Part shown: piece after piece, positions 55,952 through 64,000 of the stretch
How positions within the stretch are numbered: position 1 is the stretch's first letter
Layout: each line of letters opens with the position of its first letter
IMG/VR virus record: IMGVR_UViG_3300010885_026047
Coordinates: 49,640 to 113,639 of that record
DNA from: a virus
Strand: one strand, 5' to 3'
Length of the DNA stretch: 64,000 nucleotides
The notes under the pieces: model-generated
Seen by the model: the letters and a program-made list of their open reading frames with translations, nothing else
Told to the model about the DNA's origin: nothing
Databases searched by the model: none
Translations under genes and position numbers: made by a program

Positions 55952-57165
55952 TGGCAAGTATCAAAGAAGTTACATACCGTCCTGTAGATGAGCTTATAGA
56001 TAGTGTAAGAATAGACCTTCAGTCATACCAAAGCAATGGAGATATAGATGCAGCTAACCTTATAAAAGTAGCTCTACGGATAAACTACGAGCTTGGTTTA
56101 CGGATACACCAGCCAAAAGAGACTATGGTTGAGATTTGTAAGGGGAGAGCTGCTTTACCTGCAGACTTCTACCAGATGCTTATAGCTCTATCTTGTTATA
56201 ACTACAGGGTTGTATCTGAAGCTCCATGGAACGGGGATGTTATACTTGAAGAGTACTGCCCTCCCGGAACTGGTGGGTTTAAACCTTCTAACTGTCCCTG
56301 TTGGAAAGTCACTGCAGGTTCTAATGGTTACCAGACAAAGTATGTTGACTGTGCAGGTATAGAACATGCTATATACTTTCCTGAAGGTGTAACAAACCTA
56401 TGTGCTACTAGTATAGATACGGTAAACGGACATGGTGGTCCTACTACAGCAACTACATCTTCTTTCTGTTATCCGGGAACAAACGGTGTTTATGACTGTT
56501 CTCCGCAGACTTGTAACATCTGTTCTGTAGAACACTCCGGGAACTGTCCGGAACTTGTCGTAAACCCTTATCCACTGGGTAAGTGCAGAACTATCTGTAG
56601 TGGTACAGAACAACAAGCTACTATAAGGATGTTGGAGTACTGTTCTACACAAGTGTTCTGTTGGGAGACTTTTGAGAGACTCTGGATAGTTCCTAACGTA
56701 CAAGCAAGTGGTTTTTCTACAGGAGCTATACCTTTTAACGGAAACCCTAACACAGCTTCTATAAACGGCAGGTTCTTAGAACTACATCAACCTAACTGTA
56801 ACAAAGTCTATATCCAGTACCTGGGAGCTATGGAGGACGAGAGAGGTAACTTACTGGTACTTGACCATCCGACCATAAACTTCTACTATGAGTGGGCCTT
56901 AAAGCATTACATACTAGAACTTCTGTACTTAAACGGAGAAGCAGATATAGAACGTAGGTTAGCACATGCAGAGAAGCAGATGCAGGAGTATAAACTACAA
57001 GCTTTAAACATAGTAAATACTCCTAATATGAGAGATGTTCTGAACACTAACTATGTTCTGAAGAGTAACCATAACCGTCAGTATTACAACACACTTAGTA
57101 AATGGTTTGGCTATCTTGGATGGGGAGGGTGGAGTTCAGGGACGGACCCTTATAACGTACATTAG
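55951..57165 (+). CDS. Tail ring protein with Cys-rich insertion (putative)
   Basis: LIKVA.R.NY.LGLRI, LP.DF; C-terminal Y.G.MED..GNLLVLDHP....YEWALK. Confidence 0.65.
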   Translation: MASIKEVTYRPVDELIDSVRIDLQSYQSNGDIDAANLIKVALRINYELGLRIHQPKETMVEICKGRAALPADFYQMLIALSCYNYRVVSEAPWNGDVILEEYCPPGTGGFKPSNCPCWKVTAGSNGYQTKYVDCAGIEHAIYFPEGVTNLCATSIDTVNGHGGPTTATTSSFCYPGTNGVYDCSPQTCNICSVEHSGNCPELVVNPYPLGKCRTICSGTEQQATIRMLEYCSTQVFCWETFERLWIVPNVQASGFSTGAIPFNGNPNTASINGRFLELHQPNCNKVYIQYLGAMEDERGNLLVLDHPTINFYYEWALKHYILELLYLNGEADIERRLAHAEKQMQEYKLQALNIVNTPNMRDVLNTNYVLKSNHNRQYYNTLSKWFGYLGWGGWSSGTDPYNVH

Positions 57166-57182
57166 TTTTAACTTATATATAA

Positions 57183-60100
57183 GTGGCAGATAACCAAGAA
57201 CAACAAGGTAGACCAGAAACTAACAACGAGTTTGGTAAGGGACTTAACAAAGACCTTATAGATACCTTCATGCCACCAGGGTCCTACTTCCACAGTCGGA
57301 ATGCTACTATATCTCTTCCTGATGGTAACACTGGTCCAGTTCTCCACACAGAACCAGCAAACATACTTGAGGTTGTTCTTCCTTATACTCTTATAGGTTC
57401 TATACAACTAGAAGGAGACCGGTGGATACTTTTTACTACTAACAACACTTATAGTGAGATAGGTCTGTATATAGAGACAACTGGTACTTACACAACTTTG
57501 TTAAACGATGTAGCTACTATAACTGCTACTACTGTTCCTCCTACATACGTACTACCTGCACCTTTGCCTTTACCTGGTCTGAACTTTAACACAGCTAACC
57601 TTATAACTGGTCAGGCACGTAGAAACTTTGACTGTGGTTTTGATGTTTACTGGTCTGATGGTGGGAGAAATCCTGATAGGATGATAGATACAGCTTATCT
57701 CTATCCTAACCCTTGGGTACAAGACTGTTCTACAGTAGCTGCTTGTACTACTTGTACAAACACAAACCTTATAGATACAAACGCTATAAGGATGTCTCCC
57801 CAGTTTACCATACCTTGTCTGAACTTGTCCAAGTCTACCAACTCCGGTTTACTTTTAAACGGTTCTTATCAGGTTTGTCTAAGGTTTGCTATAAACGGTA
57901 TAGCTTGTACAGACTTTGTAGCACAGTCTAACGTGATGAGTGTGTTCTCACATAACAACCAGGCAGGAGCACTAACTTTGAAACTATCCGGTATATCTGC
58001 AGAGACTACAGTTATCTTCCCTGAAGTGGAGATAGTTGTTGTATCTATGGTAAACTTTCAAGTACAGGCTAAAAGACTTGGTATCTACAACAGTGATCTG
58101 AGTACTATCCACATAGATAACTTAGCACAGGAACTTGTAAACATAGACCTGAAGTTACTACCTCTTTCTACTCCTATCATAGATAGTTGTGATGCTATGT
58201 ACGGAGTTTCAGACTATCTGGTAAAAGTTGGTGTGAGAGAGAAACCAGACTTTAACTATCAGTTACTTGCTAACCAGATACAAGTGTGGTGGGTATGCAT
58301 AGAGTATCCGGATATCTACTATCACAACGGTGGAAACAACGGATATCCCATGAACGTTGGCTATATGCGTGGAGAGGTCTATAGCTTGTATAACCGTTGG
58401 GACTACACTACTGGAGACAAAACTGCTTCTTATCATATACCTGGTCTACCTGGTGGAACTCCTGCTACAGTGTTTTTAGGAGCACCTCCCGGAGTAACTA
58501 TAAACGATGGTGGTACTATAGTAGCTTATGGACGTATGGCTGGATATAGTTCTGATATAACTTATCCGGATAACGAAGCAGATATCTGGGGACCTTTGTG
58601 TGGGCAACCTATCATGCACCACAAGTTTCCAGACCAGACTGACTCTGCAGTACTTACACACTATACTGCTAACGGCACTATCAGAGTCATGGGTTTGTTC
58701 CTGACAAACGTTTTAGCACCTACAGATAACACCGGAGCACTTTTACCAAACATACAAGGTTACGAGATACTTAGAGATGTGCGTAATGGTAACGAGTCTG
58801 TACTTGCTAAGGGTATGATCAACAACATGCGTACCTATACTGATAGTAGTGGAGAACAAGGTATCTTCCAGAACTATCCGTATAACGACTTGAGGCCTGA
58901 TCCATATCTTTCTGCAAGTGTTACAACAGTAAACCACGGAGCACCTGGAGAAGGTTTAGATCACTCTAACATGTTAACTGGTTACAGAACAGATATACTT
59001 TCTTTCCACTCTCCAGATACAGTCTTTCAACATCCATATCTCGGTAACGGCTCCCTAAAGATACTTATGGGTATGGCCGGTAGTACACATGGTAGGTTCC
59101 ACGAACCATATAAACATCCCTTGTTTAAAGTACTTACTAACTTTGATAGTTTACTTGCTGACTTTATATCTCTACTTGAAGTAGCTTTAAACGTAGCAAG
59201 TGCTGTTTCAGTTGCAGCTGGAGGAAACCCTCCTGAGTGGCAGTTTGCATCTACAGAAGCTTTACCTCTTACAGTACCTGTGTTTGTACCACCTGCCCCT
59301 TCTTTAGATATAGACGGAACAGATATAAACATAGCACTTAACTACGTTATAGCTGCTCTGAACATAGCCACTTTAGTACTCCTTAGTGCTATAGAGATAG
59401 CAGCTTTAAGAGAGCAGATACTTGTTATCATAAAAGGTCTTGTACCTGGCAGACAGTATGCTGCTCAGTACGATAGTTCAGGTTTCTACAACCTTCCACA
59501 GACAGGAGTTGGGTCATCAGGTGCTTCTTATACGATAAACGACTATAGCTATATCAAGAGTCAGTTACAGACTTTCCAGGACTTAACTGTTAACAACATC
59601 TACAGAAACGACTTTGTAGCACTTAGTCTTAACGGAGGACCTTCTCCTTTGACTGGAGATACTAGTAGGTTCTTGATAAGTGATGTTAGCAATAACCCTA
59701 ACTGGTTGAAGTACAACGGAGCACAGTGGTTAAGTCCTACACAGGGTCTTCCTGCAGGTTTAGGAGATGTAGTCTCTTACTACGCAGCTTATAACATAGA
59801 CCAACCTTCTCAGTATGGAGGTATAGGTACTTGTAAACAGGTTCCGATAGGTTGTATGCAACCGACTGTACCTATATCAGCTCCTGCAAGTTATACATCA
59901 GCTATACAGTTTGGTGGAGATACTTATATCAACAGATATACAGAGAAGAACCCTTTTATGTTCTTTAACGACTGGTTAGTAAATGCACCTGAAGACTTTA
60001 TCTATGACTACCGTAACTATGTGAACGTTCCATATCCGATGTTCTGGATAGACAATGATGTGATAAACTACACTTTGTTAGGACTTGCTTCAGACAACAG

Positions 60101-61868
60101 GCGTTTAGATGGTCCTATAAACTTAGCTATACCGTTCTTTCCTGGTATGAGTGGCAAACTCTTTTACGTAAACACTGGTTACTTCTACCTGTTCTGTAAT
60201 GGTGTAAGAGACTTCTATGTAGAGAGTTCTGTAAACGTTGGTTATCGTGACTGGGGAGAACTTATACAAGAACAGTACTATAACCCATACGGTCTAACAC
60301 AAGATATAGCACAGATCTTCAGGTCAGATATCATTAAAAGTGATCCTGTCTATAAGTATGACTACAGTCTGTCTGCAGATAAGTTCTTTAACCAGTACTT
60401 GTCATGGTCACAGTGTCTTGACAGAGACTATAACCCTGTACTTGCTTATAGTTGTTTTGCTTACTATCCAAGGCGTATAGCTTACTCCTTACCACAGGAA
60501 GAAGAACTACGTAAAGACAACTGGAAAGTGTTCTTACCAAATAACTACAAAGACTTCCCTACTAATGTCATAGCTATAAAAGATATCCATAAAACAGGAG
60601 CACTTATACTACTGGATGACCAGGCCCCTCTTAGTTGGATTGGTGTTGAGAGCATCCCGTCTAAAAGTGGTACAGACTTTACAGTAGGTACAGGTGTTTT
60701 GTTCAAACAACAGTTACAGTCTTTAACTAACGTAGATAACTCTTATCAGTACGGCAGTTGTCAGAACAAGTTATCAGTTATCTCTACACCTCATGGAGTT
60801 TTCTGGTGTTCCCGAAACACAGGTAAGATCTTTCACTACAAATCATCCCAGCTAGACGACATATCCCAGTATGGACTGAAGTATGACCTATCACTCTTCA
60901 TGCCATCACAACTGCTTAAACAGTTCCCACAATATCCGTTAGCAGATAATCCTGTAGCAGGTATAGGTATGCAGATGTTATATGACTCTATAAACGAGAT
61001 AGTATATATCTGTAAGAAAGACTACCAGGTAAAAAGTGAGTATATAAGATCTGTATATCTATCTGGTAATAACTTTTACTATAGCGGAGGACCTTCAAAA
61101 CTTCAGATAACCTTGGGAGATCCTTTGTACTTCACAGACTGTAGCTGGACTTTAAGTTATGACCCAAGAAAGAGACAGTTCATCAGTCATCATGATTGGG
61201 TTCCGGCTTTAAACATACCTGCAAAAACGCACTTCTTAACTACAGATACTGTATACGGACCAGGTAACACACTCTGGAGACATAACCAGGCTACTAACTT
61301 GTTTTGTACCTACTATGACCAGTCCTTTCCTTTTGAAGTCGGCTATCCTGTTATAACTGGAGTTAACGTGACCACCTTAGAGTCGATAGAGGTTTACCTT
61401 GAGAGTTATCTATATAACATAGACCAAGTAGATCGCTTTCAGCAATATGACGGGTTCTTTGACTACTGTGTTCTCTGGAACTCAGAGCAAGGTTCTCTGC
61501 CCATGTTGTTAACCTTAAAACCTCGGGATGACCCATATGCAGAGTTTAACTATCCTATCATAACTGCTGCTGGGGCTGAAGTGCTGTACACCAAACAAGA
61601 GCAGAAGTACAGACTGGGGATGTTACTGAAAGACTTTACAAACGACAGAGGACAGTTTACACTTGATACTGAGCAGTTCATGCAGACAAGTTCTAAGTGG
61701 TACGTTTGGGATATCAACCCGTTATATCTCGACTTTTTTAAAGACGTAACACAACTGAAGAAGATAAGACACTACAAGTCCCGTATCTTCCTGAGAAAGT
61801 TCAACCCAAGTAACATGAGCATGAGTATATACTTCACAAAACAGAAACTTTTAAACAGTCCAAGATAA
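57183..61868 (+). CDS. Tail muzzle/stabilization protein (P22 gp10-like, crAss-like)
   Basis: 1561 aa; F.KGLNKD, GYMR.EVY....RW, GGDTYI.RYTEK, YGS.Q...S...TP.G.F, WTLSYD...F.S.HDW.P. Confidence 0.8.
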   Translation: MADNQEQQGRPETNNEFGKGLNKDLIDTFMPPGSYFHSRNATISLPDGNTGPVLHTEPANILEVVLPYTLIGSIQLEGDRWILFTTNNTYSEIGLYIETTGTYTTLLNDVATITATTVPPTYVLPAPLPLPGLNFNTANLITGQARRNFDCGFDVYWSDGGRNPDRMIDTAYLYPNPWVQDCSTVAACTTCTNTNLIDTNAIRMSPQFTIPCLNLSKSTNSGLLLNGSYQVCLRFAINGIACTDFVAQSNVMSVFSHNNQAGALTLKLSGISAETTVIFPEVEIVVVSMVNFQVQAKRLGIYNSDLSTIHIDNLAQELVNIDLKLLPLSTPIIDSCDAMYGVSDYLVKVGVREKPDFNYQLLANQIQVWWVCIEYPDIYYHNGGNNGYPMNVGYMRGEVYSLYNRWDYTTGDKTASYHIPGLPGGTPATVFLGAPPGVTINDGGTIVAYGRMAGYSSDITYPDNEADIWGPLCGQPIMHHKFPDQTDSAVLTHYTANGTIRVMGLFLTNVLAPTDNTGALLPNIQGYEILRDVRNGNESVLAKGMINNMRTYTDSSGEQGIFQNYPYNDLRPDPYLSASVTTVNHGAPGEGLDHSNMLTGYRTDILSFHSPDTVFQHPYLGNGSLKILMGMAGSTHGRFHEPYKHPLFKVLTNFDSLLADFISLLEVALNVASAVSVAAGGNPPEWQFASTEALPLTVPVFVPPAPSLDIDGTDINIALNYVIAALNIATLVLLSAIEIAALREQILVIIKGLVPGRQYAAQYDSSGFYNLPQTGVGSSGASYTINDYSYIKSQLQTFQDLTVNNIYRNDFVALSLNGGPSPLTGDTSRFLISDVSNNPNWLKYNGAQWLSPTQGLPAGLGDVVSYYAAYNIDQPSQYGGIGTCKQVPIGCMQPTVPISAPASYTSAIQFGGDTYINRYTEKNPFMFFNDWLVNAPEDFIYDYRNYVNVPYPMFWIDNDVINYTLLGLASDNRRLDGPINLAIPFFPGMSGKLFYVNTGYFYLFCNGVRDFYVESSVNVGYRDWGELIQEQYYNPYGLTQDIAQIFRSDIIKSDPVYKYDYSLSADKFFNQYLSWSQCLDRDYNPVLAYSCFAYYPRRIAYSLPQEEELRKDNWKVFLPNNYKDFPTNVIAIKDIHKTGALILLDDQAPLSWIGVESIPSKSGTDFTVGTGVLFKQQLQSLTNVDNSYQYGSCQNKLSVISTPHGVFWCSRNTGKIFHYKSSQLDDISQYGLKYDLSLFMPSQLLKQFPQYPLADNPVAGIGMQMLYDSINEIVYICKKDYQVKSEYIRSVYLSGNNFYYSGGPSKLQITLGDPLYFTDCSWTLSYDPRKRQFISHHDWVPALNIPAKTHFLTTDTVYGPGNTLWRHNQATNLFCTYYDQSFPFEVGYPVITGVNVTTLESIEVYLESYLYNIDQVDRFQQYDGFFDYCVLWNSEQGSLPMLLTLKPRDDPYAEFNYPIITAAGAEVLYTKQEQKYRLGMLLKDFTNDRGQFTLDTEQFMQTSSKWYVWDINPLYLDFFKDVTQLKKIRHYKSRIFLRKFNPSNMSMSIYFTKQKLLNSPR

Positions 61869-62272
61869 TGACAGACATAAGACGTATACCCGGAACCGGA
61901 CTTACACCGGAGAAGATAGTAAGTACTTTGTTTAACTTTCACAACAAAGCGCACTTTTATCACTTACAGACAGATACTATAGGTAAGCACCTACTCTTAG
62001 ACGAGTTGTACAAAGCCCTGGTAGAGTTCAAAGATGAGATAGCAGAGTATCTGTTAGGAGTACAGGTTCCAAAACGTTTTGGACCTCTTACCATGGAACA
62101 GATACAACCTTATACAGATGCTAACATGTTAAGTTTTCTGAACGAAGGTTTTGACTTTTCTGTAGAACTCTGTGCTTATGCAGAGAAAAACAACGAAGAA
62201 GAGCTTTGTAACCTTAGTTCAGACTTACAAAAAGCGTTTAACAAAGCCAGACTTTTCACTACTTACAAGTAA
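61868..62272 (+). CDS. Ferritin/Dps-like protein (DUF5856-like)
   Basis: AHFYHLQT...KH..LDELY.....KDEIAE. Confidence 0.7.
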   Translation: MTDIRRIPGTGLTPEKIVSTLFNFHNKAHFYHLQTDTIGKHLLLDELYKALVEFKDEIAEYLLGVQVPKRFGPLTMEQIQPYTDANMLSFLNEGFDFSVELCAYAEKNNEEELCNLSSDLQKAFNKARLFTTYK

Positions 62273-62397
62273 AAACCTGTAACTTTGAAGATAGAGATAT
62301 GGTATATAGATCAAAGCAAGATAACTATAGAAGAAACTATAGATATCTGGTATGACTTACAACCGGATATGATGTTTTACGAAGAAGCTTATAACTG

Positions 62398-64000
62398 ATG
62401 AAGAAAAAGAACAGATATCAACAGGGTGGTTTATGGAACACTGATAAAAAGGGTTTCGTAGACAGTGTGTTTAACGCAAACAGTTCCAAGAACTTTGTAA
62501 AGCGTTATCAGAACCCTAGTGCTTATCCGGTTATAAACAACCCTGACGGAAGTTACTCTACACATCGGATGGCAAATGATGGAAATCGTGTATATCCTAC
62601 TATAGTACAAGATAAGTCTGGTAAGTTGATAAACTATGGAAACAACGATAATGCTTGGAACTACGCAGATAGCACTGGAGAGTACATAAACTTTGCAACT
62701 CCTGAACAAGCTAACTGGTTTGCTTCTTCTAAAGATAACACAAGTGGTTACAAGATGGGTACACAGAAGAAACAGCAGGGAGGATACGGTCCTCGAAAAG
62801 ATAAACAAAATATAATACCTGGACAACCTCCAGTACCAACTAGAAAAAATGGTGGTTGGTTAGATCAGTATCAAGATGGTGGACCTGTAGAGATGCAGAG
62901 TGGTGGCAGAGCACCTATCTATGTAACTGATCCGCATGATCCTAGGTTACAGGCATATCAGGATAGTCTATCTACTTACAATGCTATACCAGTCTTTAAT
63001 CAAGGGTTAAGAGACATTTTATCAAAGAATCCTTTTCCTGATGTATATAAGATAGAACTTAATGCTTTGATGGATAAAGTTCCGTATAATTCTGATCTTG
63101 TCAGAAGGGGAAATTGGATAGGAAAAACACAACAGGTAAATGGTTATCATCGTGATGTTTTTGAACAAATAGCTACTAATCCTGTACAACCAGTGGTATA
63201 TCAACCACAAAAACTTGTAAACAAACCAAAACCAAGACCAAAAACTCAAATACAATCACTATCTATATCAGACCCAAAACTATTACCTGTAACCAGACGA
63301 GAACCACAACCAGAACAAATCAATATCAATGATCTAAACCCAAATGAGGAACAATGGTTATTTCCACAGACTACTCCTTTCAGACCAGCAGGGTTCTACA
63401 AGAAGAGTATGATACCCGGAGGAGAACCAGTACCAACTAGAAAAAATGGTGGTTGGTTAGATCAATATCAGAAGGGAGGATATATACCAAAGGCTCAGTA
63501 TGGTAGGGCAACAGGAAGTCCTTCAATGGATAGTGTTCAACATCAAGCTGGTAATATGATGGATTTTGAATCCAGAAAAGGTTCTCCTGTAGGTACAGGA
63601 TTAAGTAACTGGGGCTATAATCAATCCCAAATGCCTTATAACCAAGTACCTTCTAATTGGACACAGCCTCAGACAAAAGACCAGGCTGTTGATTTGTACA
63701 TGAAGGAGATAGGCAATAGTGGTAAATTAGACTACTATCCATCAGCTATGGAAAAAGGAGAAGCTGGAGATTTCTTGTATAACACAGGGAGAGATCCAAG
63801 AGTATACATGCTTGATCAGTATCTAAAGTCTAAAGGACAAGCAGGTATTCCTAATAGAGGTTCTTATAATGTAGACACTAAGTCACCACAATGGACTTCT
63901 GATTTGCAAAACTCTTTAGACCAGCAATGGAATCAGCATCAAGGTGATATAATGAATTTGCCTACAAATAATAGAAGAATATTATTAAATAAAGGTAGAG
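62398..64000 (+). CDS. Modular virion cargo polyprotein with QxGG/KNGG linkers; runs off the right edge
   Basis: Not in ORF track. Open frame from ATG 62398: YQQGG, KQQGG, RKNGGWLDQYQDGG, MQSGG, RKNGGWLDQYQKGG, AQYG; last module has a lysozyme-like DFLYNTG. Confidence 0.8.
   Translation, partial: MKKKNRYQQGGLWNTDKKGFVDSVFNANSSKNFVKRYQNPSAYPVINNPDGSYSTHRMANDGNRVYPTIVQDKSGKLINYGNNDNAWNYADSTGEYINFATPEQANWFASSKDNTSGYKMGTQKKQQGGYGPRKDKQNIIPGQPPVPTRKNGGWLDQYQDGGPVEMQSGGRAPIYVTDPHDPRLQAYQDSLSTYNAIPVFNQGLRDILSKNPFPDVYKIELNALMDKVPYNSDLVRRGNWIGKTQQVNGYHRDVFEQIATNPVQPVVYQPQKLVNKPKPRPKTQIQSLSISDPKLLPVTRREPQPEQININDLNPNEEQWLFPQTTPFRPAGFYKKSMIPGGEPVPTRKNGGWLDQYQKGGYIPKAQYGRATGSPSMDSVQHQAGNMMDFESRKGSPVGTGLSNWGYNQSQMPYNQVPSNWTQPQTKDQAVDLYMKEIGNSGKLDYYPSAMEKGEAGDFLYNTGRDPRVYMLDQYLKSKGQAGIPNRGSYNVDTKSPQWTSDLQNSLDQQWNQHQGDIMNLPTNNRRILLNKGR
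62830..63470 (+). repeat. 38-bp perfect direct repeat (44 bp with one mismatch) flanking one polyprotein module
   Basis: CCAGTACCAACTAGAAAAAATGGTGGTTGGTTAGATCA at 62830-62867 and 63427-63464. Confidence 0.9.

Noticed and set aside
1-64000. Stop-codon reassignment (TAG or TGA), known in some crAss-like phages
   Set aside because: Core genes are full length in code 11, and TAG, TGA and TAA all end genes at sensible, tightly packed positions.

Overview
This window is a 64-kb piece of a crAss-like (Crassvirales-type) phage genome read in the standard genetic code. The host is probably Bacteroidota, inferred from repeated TTG-N19/20-TAnnTTTG promoters and A-rich leaders without Shine-Dalgarno sites. 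The left arm (1-9.4 kb, minus strand) holds the 5' part of a family B DNA polymerase, many small early genes, a RepL-like gene with a palindromic operator array, and a largely non-coding stretch with a tRNA-like structured RNA candidate. The coding strand switches near 9.45 kb. The right arm (plus strand) holds a Ser/Thr/Gly-rich fibre, GroES, HU/IHF-like proteins and a PD-(D/E)XK exonuclease. It then carries a ~13-kb glycan-synthesis island (GT-B, GT2, GT7, GT25, GT11, UDP-glucose dehydrogenase, GDP-mannose 3,5-epimerase, several O-methyltransferases and NadE) just before terminase, portal, scaffold-like protein and major capsid. Further right are four free-standing homing endonucleases (interspersed), lysis genes, Cys-rich virion proteins, ring and muzzle tail proteins, a ferritin-like gene and the start of a QxGG-linked modular polyprotein. 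The strongest unexplained signal is a near-total, double-strand depletion of the trinucleotide AAT/ATT across the core genome. A few segments lack this depletion, so it appears to mark recently acquired DNA. All counts are by hand and all family calls come from motif recognition, not database searches.
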